Source: Octopus sinensis (Eukaryota). Taken from it: a stretch of DNA of 64,000 nt. The stretch spans positions 138,074,001 to 138,138,000 of the forward strand of contig NC_042999.1 of NCBI RefSeq assembly GCF_006345805.1, in the 5' to 3' direction. Below, one piece after another: positions 27,280 through 40,310 of this stretch. Numbering within the stretch: the stretch's first letter is position 1; every line of letters starts with the position of its first letter. The notes under the pieces are model-generated. The model ran no database searches, was not told where the DNA came from, and saw only the letters and a program-made list of their open reading frames with translations. A program made the translations under genes and the position numbers.

Positions 27280-28850
27280 TGATTTTCTCAGATTCGGTGT
27301 TATTATTAGTAGAAATTATCTGGATAGCGGGTTACTACCTGTAACCTGAAGTATCCTCAAGTTTTCAGCAGTTTTTCAAGTGCTTAGAACCCTCCTGATA
27401 ATCCTTTACTGTTCGCATGTTCCAAATTCATCCTATTTCAAATTTCAGATAATCTTTTACTCTTTTACTTGTTTCAGTCATTTGACTGTGGCCATGCTGG
27501 AGCACCGCCTTTAATCGACCCTGGGACTTATTCTTTGTAAGCCCAGTATTTATTCTATCGGTCTCTTTTTGCCGAACCGCTAAGTGACGGGGACATAAGC
27601 ACACCAGCATCGGTTGTCAAGCAATGCTAGGGGGACAAACACATATATTTCTTTTGTTTTTCTTCCTCTTTCTTTACGACCCCGGAATCAAACGGGCATG
27701 ATGGGTCGATAAGTAAGCAACTTCATTTTCCATTATCTATGATTTTAATATCTGGTCTATTGTTTTCTAATTTCTTGTCCATTTGAATTGGAAAGTCCCA
27801 CAAAATTTTACATTTTCCCGACTCCTGTATTCTTTCGACTCGATGATTGTATCATGTATTTCCAGCTTCAAATCCCCATTTCTGGTATAGTTTCCAGCGT
27901 AAAACTTTTACAACCTGGTCGTGCCTCCATTTCTTATATTCTTCCTGCGCCAACGTGGGGCATTCCGTCACATTGTGTGCCACTGTCTCGTTCCAAATAC
28001 CACAGGCTCTACATTTTTCTGACACATTCTCTCCATATATATTTTTTCTCAAGTTGTTTGTTTTTATCGCTTGATCTTGGGCTGCTACAATTAGGCTCTC
28101 TGTTTCTTTTTTAATTACCCCTTTTTTTTTAACCAAGTCCAAGATTTTTTTCCACATACGTCTTCAGTGGCTCTTCAAAATTGGCCATGCAGAGGTTTCT
28201 CTTCGATGTGTATGACGTGCTCTCTTTGTATTTCATTCTTGTCCTTTTCTCCTATTACGTGCTTCATCACCTTTTCTTTCTTAACTACCTTTAATGGTTT
28301 TTCTGTGATGCTCTGTAAATATTCTACTGTACTTTTTCTTTCCATCTGTATACATTCTTCTACTGCTATTAATCCTCTTCCACCCTGGTCTCTCCTCAAG
28401 TACAGCCGGTTGATATCAGCTTTCGGATGGTGGGCTCCATACATCGTCAACAACTTACTAGTTTTTCTGTCAAGTTTCTTTATTTCGTTTCTAGTCCAGT
28501 CTATTATTCCAACTCCATATCTGATTAAGGGTACTACAGTTGAATTTATTGATTCAATGAGATTTTTTGAATTCAGCTTTGACTGCAATAATTTTCTGAC
28601 TCTCTTCTGGTAATTTGTTTCATTTCTTGTTTTTTAAAATTTTTTTTTTTACCTCATCTGCTTCCAGTATTCCCAAGTACTTATATCACTGTCCTCTCTC
28701 AACAGCTCTCATTGTTTGCTCACATGGCATTACAAATCCCTGGTTCTTTCAAATCTTCCTCGTTTCATTTTCAATATAGCGCACTTTTCTATCACAAATT
28801 CCATACCTACATCATTTGAGAAAATGCGGATATTATGTAGAAGGTTTTCA
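27280..28850 (-). mobile_element. R4/Dong-type LINE, copy 3 (RT C-terminus, CCHC finger, RLE), interrupted by a SINE
   Basis: YKYLGILEAD, RLYLRRDQGGRGL, EKPLHGQF, ETESLIVAAQDQAIKT and CRAC..ETVAHNVTECPTLAQEEYKKWRHD. The 3' end abuts (TAA)n. Confidence 0.92.
27450..27645 (-). mobile_element. SINE family A 3' part, nested in the LINE
   Basis: TCTTTTACTTGTTTCAGTCATTTGACTGTGGCCATGCTGG...GGTTGTCAAG. Confidence 0.85.
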
Positions 28851-28855
28851 AGCTA

Positions 28856-28887
<32 letters not shown>

Positions 28888-28901
28888 TATTATTATTATT
28901 A

Positions 28902-29470
28902 TTGAGTGAGAGAGCAATACATGCCAACAAAGTGACACTGGGATACAAATATACGAAGCCAAATATAGCCATCACGACTATCCATCTGATAAGGGTACAC
29001 CAAACACATGCAGTACAACCATATGTGAGCGACATGATGACCTTGTATCAAGATAAACAGCTCATGACCTTGCAGGTGGGGCCCAGTTAGAATTTTCTTC
29101 AGTTTGAGTAGTCCATCCCGCTCAAAAGGACCCTGAATGAGAGTTGTTTAAGGATGATGAACGAGGGCTGTTTAAGGATGTTGAAACAACTATGTTTCCA
29201 GAGGTGAATTATTCAAACCTCAAAGAATTCATCTCAACACATGGCTATAATGCTCCCCCACTACTTCTACTCATGATCAGAGATGCACATATCGTCAGCA
29301 ACTGAGGGACATGTTCAACTGGTTAATGTCAAACACCTGACAAGCAAATCTGTAGTATTTAGCAAAATATTGGCTGTAGTTCATCTTTTATACCAAGACA
29401 AAGCAACGTACATGATAACACTTCCAATCAGTTAAGGTCAAAAGCCACGAGAGCCACTAACTGGTACTAC
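28902..29470 (-). mobile_element. Non-coding interspersed repeat ending in (TAA)n; second copy at 37482-37984
   Basis: Reverse complement aligns by eye over about 500 bp with 37482-37984 (e.g. GTGTCACTTTG..GGCATG..GCTCTCTCACTCAATAATAAT). Confidence 0.85.
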
Positions 29471-29509
29471 ATCAACACACTTCTGTACAAGGCAATCCAT
29501 TTTGAGAGG

Positions 29510-29660
29510 GCAAGGGATAGTGGATACCATCAACTCTTTGCACCGCCGGTACTTTATTTTATCGACCCCGAAAGGATAAAAGGCAACGTCGACCTTGGCG
29601 GGATCCGAGTTCTGAACGTAAAGAAGTGGAACAAATACTACAAGGCAGTTTGTCCGATCC
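29510..29660 (-). mobile_element. SINE family B fragment
   Basis: TTTATCGACCCCGAAAGGATAAAAGGCAACGTCGACC. Confidence 0.75.
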
Positions 29661-29946
29661 TCTCAAAGTTCTACGAATGATTTTCTCACATAATCTCAGA
29701 TCACAAATATCGAGTGGAGACAGGTACAATAACGTTGTATAATATACTTTCTCGTGACGAATAGTGACGTAAACGAAGTGAAATGACTTCACCTAAACCG
29801 TTCACAGGTTTAGGCCAACGGGAAACTATACCTCAATTTATAACTCTCATCGCAACAAGTGAGAAATATAGACTATCATTAGTCGTGTTAGTCATAAGCA
29901 ACTGTTTTAGGAATTCAGTCTTCCTTCTTCTTACATGTGTATGGAC

Positions 29947-29947
<1 letters not shown>

Positions 29948-30020
<73 letters not shown>

Positions 30021-30810
30021 TATATATAATATATATATAAATATATAAATACATATATATACATATATATACATAGGTATATATACATTATATATATATA
30101 CACACGCACACATATATGTATGTGTTTGTGTGTGTGTGTGGATGTGTGTGCATACACACACATTTTCATATATACATACATATATATATATATATATACA
30201 CACACACGGTATATATATATATGTGTACTTACGTATGTACGTTTGCATGTGTGTATGTATTTATGAGTATTTGCATGCAAGCACGTATCCGTGTGCGCGC
30301 GCGCGCATCTATTTCTCTCTTTATATATATATGTATACGTATAGTCATTTATTTATATTTATATAATATACATATTAGCAGCAAAACCCTCTATGTTCAT
30401 CAATATGCGATACATACACACGCACGCATCTTTACATCCATAAAATTTTATGTATGTATGTATGTATGTATGTGTGTATGTATGTATGTATGTATGTATG
30501 TATGTATGTATGTATGTATGGTGTATGTATGTATGTATGTAGTATGTATGTATGTATGTATGTGTGTATGTATGTATATATATATATATATATAAATATA
30601 TATGTATGTATGTATACACACACACACACACAGACATGTACTTATCTATGAGCAGGTGGAGAATCTCACCTTCGTTTTATTAGTTCCATATCTATGTAGT
30701 CCAGTTCCAAGGCAGTGTGTATCTTATTCGCACTTGATGTTGCGTGTATTATTACATGTGAAACGCCACCATATATATGTGTTCCGAAACTTCTTGTCTT
30801 TATTTATGCA

Positions 30811-30853
<43 letters not shown>

Positions 30854-31016
30854 ATGTATGTGTATGTAGATATAGTCCTACACATACACAAATAGACACG
30901 GGTGCATATACAGTAATACACACATACACACATATATTTACTTATAGACATACTCTGATATATGCTATATATACACACACACATATATATATACATATAT
31001 ACGTATATGTATATAA

Positions 31017-31051
<35 letters not shown>

Positions 31052-31260
31052 GATAGATAGATATAAACACACATACATACATATATATATATATATATAC
31101 ATGTATATTGATACATACATACACACACACATATATACTTATATATATAGAGAGATATATACACCTATACAAGTAAACACACATACATAAAATGCAAGTA
31201 CGTTCATCCATAAATAACCACACGTACATACACACACACACATGTATGTGTGTGTGTGTT
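29948..31260. repeat. Long compound microsatellite field (TA, TATG, CA/TG)
   Basis: Seen directly. Confidence 0.93.
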
Positions 31261-31411
31261 ATTTTTGTAATGAGATAGATAAGTAGAAACACAAGCTTTT
31301 TTGTCCTATCTTCATACCACTTCGTACATAGCCTTACACCAATCTGGGAGGTCTATGGGGTGTTAGTCGGGGACGGGTAGGTACACATATCTTCCCCTAA
31401 GTATGTAAGAT

Positions 31412-31549
31412 TCATCATCATCGCCATCGTCATCATCATCATTCTTCTTCTTCTTCTTCTTCTTCTTCTTCTTCTTCTTCTTCTTCTTCTCTTCTTCTTC
31501 TTCTTCTTCTTCTTCTTCTTCTTCTTCTTCTTCTTCTTCTTCTTCTTCT
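31412..31549. repeat. (CAT)n-(TTC)n microsatellite
   Basis: Seen directly. Confidence 0.96.
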
Positions 31550-32270
31550 AGGAGAAGAGAGAACTCATGACCCAAGACCCATGACCTTTCCAGTCACTCT
31601 TGGAGTTGGGAGACTGTTGCGGCTGTTGCCCAGCCTGAACATCTATATGTCAATATGTTTACTGGTAAACCTAGGCAGGGAGTGGATATGATAATTTGTC
31701 GGAAAGTTTGCAACAGAGCGAACTCTACCAAAGGCCTCAAAGGTCCAGGTGTTGTTTTTGTTGTATTTGCTGTTTAAGTCCTAAGTCAGAAAACTTATGT
31801 TCATTATAATGGTGACTGTTCCCACATTTTTTGAATTACATATCCAAAACTACATTATTGAATCTCGGGGAGATCAGGCCGTTATTTCAAGCGGTAAAGT
31901 ATTCTATAAGCAATCTATTGTGTTTAAATTTATGATAGCTGATGTAAGAGTTTTATTCAATCTCTCGTTTAAGTACATCACTAAATTTAGTTGTGCGAAT
32001 TAAATAACGGGATAATCTGGAAGTAATATTTATAACTAGCGTTGTATCCATGTTTATACTTCTCTGTCATTGAACCAATGTTACAGAAGCCAGAGACAAG
32101 CCTAACTCTTTCAAGAGTTAAAAGAGCAAGGGATATATCGTTAGATATTCCAGTCGGCGAAGAGGCTTTTGTGGGAGAAAGGTGTAGATGTGCAAGAAAT
32201 AGTAGCAAGAATTAGTATTTCTCACATTAATAAAGGAAAACATTAATAAAAGGAAAACAATTCTAAATCG

Positions 32271-32707
32271 CGTAAGGGGTATTAGCCATCTGAATGTGGC
32301 TAGCCACTGGGGGGGGGGGTTACTGATGCTTTTAGCTCCAGGCGATCAACGTCACCAGAAGGACTTTAGACACTATCTCAGTGCCCTTGTGTTATTTGCA
32401 AAGGGAGGTCATCCTCCCTCGAAGACCCGAGTACTACATACGGACTATAGTTTCAAGGTAATTGCCTCTCGTCAACGCATGGTAAGCACCTTGAAACTAT
32501 AGTCCGTATGTAGTACTCGGATCTTCGAGGGAGGATGACCTCCCTTTGCAAATAACACAAGGGCACTGAGATAGTGTCTAAAGTCCTTCTGGTGACGTTG
32601 ATCGCCTGGGGCTAAAAGCATCAGTAACCCCCCCCCCACCAGTGGATAGCCACATTCAGATGGCTTATACCCCTTACGTTGTCGAGCGGTTACTGTTTAT
32701 ATCTCGT
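32271..32707. mobile_element. Young fold-back hammerhead element D with 12-bp flanking duplication
   Basis: Nearly identical inverted arms 32271-32459 and 32488-32678, 28-nt spacer, 29-nt tail. AATTCTAAATCG lies at 32259-32270 and 32708-32719. Confidence 0.85.
32437..32481 (-). ncRNA. Minimal type I hammerhead motif spanning the hairpin apex
   Basis: Minus strand reads CAUGCG UUGACGA GAGG CAAUUA CCUU GAAAC UAUA GUC CGUAUG. 6-bp stem I, 4-bp stem II, palindromic stem III ACUAUAGU, GUC site; C3 is U. Confidence 0.7.
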
Positions 32708-33399
32708 AATTCTAAATCGTTCTTACATTAATAAAAGGTAAACAATTCACAATGTGCATGTAGTACTCCAGCACGACCGCAATTCAATAAATTTAGTAAA
32801 ACAAGGATTTAAAAGAAAATAATTGGACAGCTTTGTCTTCGATGTACAAAAGACGGGTGTTCATAACTGGAAGGTCTTTTATTATAGGTCTGATGGATCA
32901 AATCTATCATGCCCTACGCAGAACATTTCTACTAGCATGTCTCTGGGGTTGGGTATGGGTACTGTGATGGACACCAACTATACCAACCTGATTGTTGTCT
33001 ATGTTGAAGCTCAGATCTTATAGTTCACCGGATCCGCTCCTGAGCTATACAATCGTTTCACATTTGATTGCATAGGCTCTCTCTCTCTCTCTCGATGAAC
33101 AACTTAACATTTTCAGCTCCTTTGTCAACTTTGCTCCTAGAGTCAACTTTCTAGAGGTCTCTGACTCTTTGAATCACTCATTCTTCGCCCTAATCATCTC
33201 CATCTTTGAGAAAATCACTGACTCCTAATACCTACTTTGACTTTACCGACTCCCTCAATTCTGTAGTCGTAACTTTGACTTTGAGGTTTAACCTCAGCAC
33301 ATGATATTCGACGTCGAGAGCCACCAAGTCGAAGCTGTCCTTGAAGTCGACTACTCCATCCGCCTTTGTTTCCCTTCATACTACTCTTCCTACGTTACC

Positions 33400-33830
33400 C
33401 ATTCATATATAACTCCTTTCCTACTCCACATCCAGCCTGAAGACATTCCGTACTCTCACCTCCGCTGCTACACCTGTTCCTTCTCCAAGACCGCCTATCT
33501 TATCGGATCTAAGAACCAATCTATTTACGACCCCTTCGCCTGCACCTGTACCAACCTTATCTATCGCTTAAAATGTTCCCTGTGTAATTTCCTATATAAC
33601 AGACTTGATGATGTTCATTCGACCACTTTACTAGAAACACCTGTCTCGGCAACAGTTCTTCCCTTTTTTGCTATTTTTTCTTCTATGGAACACTCTACTC
33701 AGCATCTCTCCATATTCGTTTTAGTTCCACACAGCAGTTCGCGAATTCTCGTCTCCAACGTGAACGAAAGTTCATCTTCTCTTTCCAAACACTCACCGCA
33801 AGAATTCAATCATTACATTAGTTTTTTTCA
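33400..33830 (+). pseudogene. Penelope-like GIY-YIG endonuclease relic
   Basis: FACTCTNLIYRLKCSLCNFLY and, after a frameshift, QRERKFIFSFQTL. This matches the PLE FTCxSxNLIYxIxCxxC...RExxxIxxLxTL pattern. Confidence 0.75.
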
Positions 33831-34671
33831 ATACACCTATCATCAGCTTCTTACGCACACGTGGCGCACACAGAGACACATACAATTGCAACATATAAGC
33901 AACACGCATACTCTCTATAACAAAATATGCACCCCCACACACTTACAGCATAAACACATTCATATACATACACACACATACACATAGATACATCTTCCAT
34001 AGCACTTCCACAATATTATCATAAAGAAGCGCACCACAATGCGTTTGTTTATGATAAACACTTACATAGCATGCATGCGCACAGCTGACATATATATACA
34101 CTCATACATACTAGGCTCCAGAAACATACACAACAACATACAGGTATGTATACTTTCACAGTAATGACACACGTGCAACTTTATATATATTTACATACTT
34201 ACACACATTCAGTATTACCATTACAATAGTTTTGCGCTACCTCCACGATTACACAACTAACACACACATGCATGCATGCATCCATCCATCCATACATAAA
34301 ACTACTCTGCATTACAGGGCTATATAGCATGCGCACACGGATCGACTCAACTAATATACAAAGACACACGTACACAAACATATTCATTCACTTACATGTC
34401 CACACAGCAGATGTAAAGGAACCGAAACATATCTATCTACGCTATATCAATACATTCTTACATACTAGATTCACAGTTTATGTACTGACACTGAAAGAAA
34501 CATATTTTATACACCTTAACAGCACACGGACAGACACACATACACATGTACGCTTACGTTTAGTTACATCCCTTATTGCTATTGAATGTATGAAACATCT
34601 TTCCTTTTCCTTAACGTCGGTCACTAATATTTTGCCGTTTATAAAGATTTTCCTAAGAAAATATCTTCAAG

Positions 34672-34822
34672 TCGGTTTGGCGAAAGAGACCGATAGAATA
34701 AGTACCAGGCTTAAGAAAAAAAAAATCCTGGGGGAAATTTGTTTGCCAAAGCCTTCAAGATGGGGTTGCAGCATGACTGCAATTCAATGACTGAAACAAT
34801 TAAAAGATAAAAGATAAAAGAT
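34672..34822 (+). mobile_element. SINE family A 3' fragment
   Basis: GAGACCGATAGAATAAGTAC...CAGCATG...AATGACTGAAAC and AAAAGAT tail. Confidence 0.8.
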
Positions 34823-35724
34823 GAACCAAATCCTGACATACTTCTGTGCTTTTGAAGAGAATTATTTTCTTCTCGAGAATTTGTAATGAATTTTCAGGGT
34901 AGTTTTTCTTGCAAAATATCATTTCGGTTTAATGGTGTGATGCTGATGGTGGTGGTGGTGGTGGTGGTGGTGGTGGTGGTGGGGGTGATGATGATGATGA
35001 TGATGATGTTCATGATAATGATGAAAATGATAATGATCACCTTCCTCATCTTCCTTCTCATCCTCATCTTCATCATCATCGACGTATGTTGTCTCAGTTC
35101 GTGCTGTGTATGGTGCGGATTACTTATACACACTGTGTACCAGAACTGGTCATGAAGATATTCGTATTCAAAATTACACTCTTGCATACATGTTAAAGAG
35201 AATTGAGTGTGTTTGACTTTGTAAGACCAGAGTCATTTAACAGTTAGCCACTGCTACTGATCTCAAGCTATCAATTGAGAAGTGTGTTATTCACACCTTT
35301 CTAAAGAACATTTGTGGCATAAAGGGAAGTTGTAAATAAAGAACTCGTAACTGATTTGTAAACTTAGCCTATAATTTTTGTTTTAGTTATTTAGCACACC
35401 AATTGGCTTTGGCATAACAGACCAATGGTGTAAATCATTTAACGTATGACAACTCGGTTTTTATTTTCTATAAAAATAATTTATCCCTAACAATACTACC
35501 AGTTTTGGGTTCTTTATCAAAAAGGTCGAGCGACTATGGTTGTATATTTCAGAAAGGGAAATCAGTGATATGCAGTCGTTTAAATTGGAAATTAGTCTCC
35601 TATTCAACACTTGGACTTGTTCTTGATCATTAACAAAGATGTGAAACTGATGATGTATACAAAGTAAGAAATAAATAATTCATTTATACCTTTTCCAAGG
35701 CCTTTTTTGAAGTAAAATATGAAG

Positions 35725-35870
35725 TATTCAATTCAATTCAATTCAATTCAATTCAATTTTTATTGGCTCAAAAAGTAAAATCAAGGCCATGTAGGAGGAC
35801 AGGGAGTTATGTACAGGGAGGGTGGTCATACAAAGAGTTCAGGCCATTTCTGGTCAAGAGAGGAATAGAC
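35725..35870 (-). mobile_element. Probable retroelement 3' end with (TGAAT)n tail
   Basis: (ATTCA)n followed by TTTTATT (AATAAA on the minus strand) and a more GC-rich unique segment. Confidence 0.4.
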
Positions 35871-37175
35871 ATTGCATTAAAATCTTGTGCTGTCGAGAGC
35901 TTAGCTCTTACATTGAAAACCTCATCATCAGATCATATATGATACTGATGTCTGATATTCTTACAAAGCCAGAAGTGTTTGAGGTAAAAATATATTACTG
36001 CCTCAGAACGAGAATAGCTTCATAAAGCATATCAGGGTATGTCACAAAACATCAAATGCATTCAGTATAAATTACATGTACTATTTGTTGTCAGTCTTCA
36101 AACGGAACTTGGGAGTTGTGCCTCTAGCTATACTAAATTTTCTACTCTTATCATTTCACTACCTTTTTTGTTATAATCATAAAAACAAAAACAAAATAAA
36201 ACAAAAAAAAACATTAAAATAAAATAAAATAAAAGTTAAAATAAAACACTGGCCGACATTCCTTGTTAAAAAGAATTGTTGGAACAATGTTTACGACAAC
36301 TTGATTCATCTCACACAACGCAGTAACTAACTAACATTGGCCTACAACTAGGTGAGTTGGAGATATGCGCAAACATGTATAGAACAGTTTCGTCTACCTC
36401 AACACATCTCACCGTTAGAGCTGTTGTACCTGTACAGCTTCACGGAAATTATCTTACAATGCTTGTCTCGAAAGTCTTCTCTTTAATGTGTCATTGTCGA
36501 TGCCAAGGGTTAATATCTAAGCCATCATGACCGGTATCCTCCATGGAAGATATGTCATCCACATGAATTGCTCCTCGTACCTACTGTATTGCTTAATAGT
36601 GGAACGTTGTCGATGCCAAATAACAAAATGTTAAGAGTTTATTTTCGATCAATACTCGATTCAAGTCTGCAAAGGTTTACAAGCTGAGTGAAAAACGTCA
36701 TTATGTATGAAAGGTACTGGCTGTACTTCAAGAAATACCTTGAGCAGAGGCATATGCTTAATCATTTCCAGACACCCGTAAAGTGAGAACGGAATGTAAA
36801 TGAACTTCCTGATTGACGGTACAAAATCTGGAAGAGCAGACGCTCCGGTTTACCAAGATATATCAAGGTACAAAGCACAGCTTCAATAGAAAGATGTTAG
36901 AATTGAGACGAAGACAACAGAGTATTTGGAGAAGTAGCAATTTGTACCTCTTCTAATAGAATCGTTTGCAAAATGTTGAAGAGTTAAGAAGATTTGAAGT
37001 CATAAATTTATGACTAAAACATGAAAATTGGTTGACACAATGATATCATATTGTTGATTACACTGAGGAAGATGATGATGATTGGCAACAACAACAAGGC
37101 CCGTAACTTTTGGGGAAGGAAACATCAACCCCAGTGTTTCACTGGTACTTAATTTATCGACATCGAAAGGATAAA

Positions 37176-37181
37176 AATAAC

Positions 37182-37252
<71 letters not shown>

Positions 37253-37303
37253 CGACGACGACGACGACGACGGCGACGGCGGCGGCGGCGGTGGTGGTGG
37301 TGG

Positions 37304-37341
<38 letters not shown>

Positions 37342-37422
37342 GCGACGACGACGACGGCGGCGGCGGCGATGATGGTGGTGGTGGTGGTGGTGGTGGTGAT
37401 GATGATGATGATGATGATGATG

Positions 37423-37471
<49 letters not shown>

Positions 37472-37481
37472 TAATAATAAT
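37176..37481. repeat. In-phase compound trinucleotide array (AAT/GAT/GAC/GGC/GGT)
   Basis: Seen directly. Confidence 0.97.
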
Positions 37482-37983
37482 GGAAGTGTTATCATGTACA
37501 TTGTTTTGTCTTGGTATAAAAGATGGGCTACAGCAAATATTCTGCTCAATACCACAGATTTGCTTGTCAGGTGTTTGACATTAACCAGTTGAGCATGTCC
37601 CTTAGTGACTGGACGATATGTGCATCTCTGATCACGATCAGAAGTAGTCAGGGAACATCATAGCCATGTGTTGAGAGGGATTCTTTGGGATTTGGTTAAT
37701 TCACCTCTGCAAACATGGGTGTTTCGTTCAACATCCTTAAACAATCCTTACTTAGGGTCCTTTTGAGCGGGATGGGTTACTCGACCAGAAGAAAATTCTA
37801 AGTGGTCCCAACCTGCAAGGTCATATACTGTTTATCTTGATATGAGATCATTATGTCGCGCACATATGGTTATGATGCATGTGCCTGGTGTACCCTTATC
37901 AGCTGGGTAGTCATGATGGGTATACTGGGCTTCGTATATTTTACTCAAGTGTCACTTTGATGGCATGCACTGCTCTCTCACTC

Positions 37984-37984
<1 letters not shown>
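37482..37984 (+). mobile_element. Non-coding interspersed repeat in (TAA)n, same family as 28902-29470
   Basis: Matches the reverse complement of 28902-29470; TAA runs lie on both sides. Confidence 0.85.
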
Positions 37985-38038
<54 letters not shown>

Positions 38039-38046
38039 TAATAATA

Positions 38047-38087
<41 letters not shown>

Positions 38088-38920
38088 AATAATAATAATA
38101 ATAACAACAACAATTATAATGATAATAATAGCAACAACTACAACAATAATAATGATAATAATAATAGTAGCAGTTATAGGAAACGCCGATTTCGTTATTT
38201 GTCACAAGGGCAAAGTTATAAAAACGATTAAGAAAGAACAAAACGCGAAAAGAAAGTCAAAATGAAAGCTGCAGCGATGAGATTTCCAACAAACCTTCCT
38301 GCAAACAACGGGTGTCACCTCCCTTCTCAACCAATAAATCAAGCACTTCTAACATTTATTCAAAGCCCAAAACACTCCTTTGACGTGAAAGCAAACATGA
38401 AATGTCAATATTGGATGAATGTTTTCCTCTTTTCCTTTCCCCTTTTTGTCATTGCAATTTTCTTTTTTCTACGAATTTGTGGTCTCACTTCATACACCTA
38501 CTCAGATACTCACACAAACATACAGGATCATATACTTACATATACACTCAAACACACACACAGAGGCGCGCGTGCACACACATGCACATACACACACACA
38601 CACACGCAAATATACACAGTAAAATAAACAAGGGAAAACAAATAAAATAACAACATTGACTTCTCCCAGAACATTTCAAACTTTGCTTTTTCATATGGAT
38701 TTCCACATACGTACACACAAATACATATACAGGTACACATTCGTAAATACACATATGTAGATACACACACATGTATGGATGTATATATTATATACATACA
38801 CATACGCACAGACACATGTGGTGTATAAAGATTTTTGCAGAGTATGACAGTGACTTTGAAGTTTTGCAAAAATTAGGGTTTTTTTAGACACGAATATATA
38901 TATGCACACACATACATACA

Positions 38921-38955
<35 letters not shown>

Positions 38956-38956
38956 G

Positions 38957-39042
<86 letters not shown>

Positions 39043-39062
39043 TAAATATATATGTATATATA

Positions 39063-40076
39063 TGTTTCAGATCAGAGCTGTGGCCATACTGGGACACCGC
39101 CATTTTGCTATACTGTTATTAATGAGACCCTCCTCTAATATGTGGCATTTGGTGTAGAATGGAGTTTGACGTCGCTACCATCTTTACACGTCTTGCCGCG
39201 AGGTAGGTTCATCTGGAACTCTCAACAGGAAGAGGTCCAGTTTTGATTTGAAAACACCTACATCCACCTTGTTTAGGTCCCTCGGGCTCTTTGGGAGAAT
39301 ATTAAAGAGCTGTGGGCCCCTGATATCCAGGCTGTTGCAGTAACTGGTCTTGAAGCGCGATAGCATTGCTGGGATATTTGGCACTGTTCAGTGTCAACCC
39401 GATGTGGCATTGGTCTAGCATTCAATGCCAAAATTTGGCACAGTCCCTTCCAGGATTTTCCAGATGCATATTTCTGCATACCTCTCCCGTCTTCGCTCCA
39501 AGGAGTAGAGTCTTAGCTGTTTCAACCTTTCCTGGAGTGCTTCAAGGTCCGTTGTTAATTTTACACTGTTGGGTGACCACAGCTGGGAGCAGTAATCCAG
39601 GCGGCTGAGAACGAATGTCCTCCAGAGGACCATCATGGTTTCCTTCTCTCTGGTTCTGAACGTTCTCAGGATCCATCCAGCCAATCGTCTGCACTGTCTG
39701 CACTTTGTGGCCATCCTGGTAATGTGTACTTGTGAAGAGGTATCGTCATTCATGTCAGTACTCAGGTCCTTCACTGATTTAGGCTCTGGGATTGTAATCC
39801 CCTGTAGGCCAGTGTAGCCTGTAAGTTTCATATTTAGTTTTGGACGCTGGTTGCACTGGGCTTGGAATTTTTCAGTATTAAACAGCATTTTATTATCCTC
39901 AGCCCATCTGTAAATTGAGTCTAACTCCTACTGCAGGTGTGCAACATCACTGGGGCTCTGTATTTTCTGCGAGACATTCGTATCGTCTGCCTAGCTAGCA
40001 AGGATGGCTATCTGGGCAGTTGAGGGCATATCTGAGAGGGCCACTATGAAAAGCAGTGGTCCCAAGCCAGTGCCCA
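39063..40076 (-). mobile_element. CR1/L2-group LINE 3' fragment (RT), decayed
   Basis: GTGLGPLLFIVALSDMP, AS*ADDT (YADD with a stop), MLFNTEKFQ, LSRLDYCSQLWSP, LYSLERRRERY and GPQLFNILP. Confidence 0.9.
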
Positions 40077-40089
40077 TAATACATAGATA

Positions 40090-40115
40090 CATACATACAC
40101 ACATACATACATACG

Positions 40116-40147
<32 letters not shown>

Positions 40148-40186
40148 GATGATGATGATGATGATGATATATATTATATATATATG

Positions 40187-40218
<32 letters not shown>

Positions 40219-40249
40219 CTGATGATGATGATGATGATGATGATATATA

Positions 40250-40310
<61 letters not shown>

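Noticed and set aside
32078-32215. Short ORF containing an RVKR furin-like site
   Set aside because: Only 45 codons, with no signal peptide or splice support; likely chance.
37110-37592. Poly-N/D/G ORF of 160 aa
   Set aside because: Trinucleotide array flanked by a SINE fragment and an interspersed repeat.
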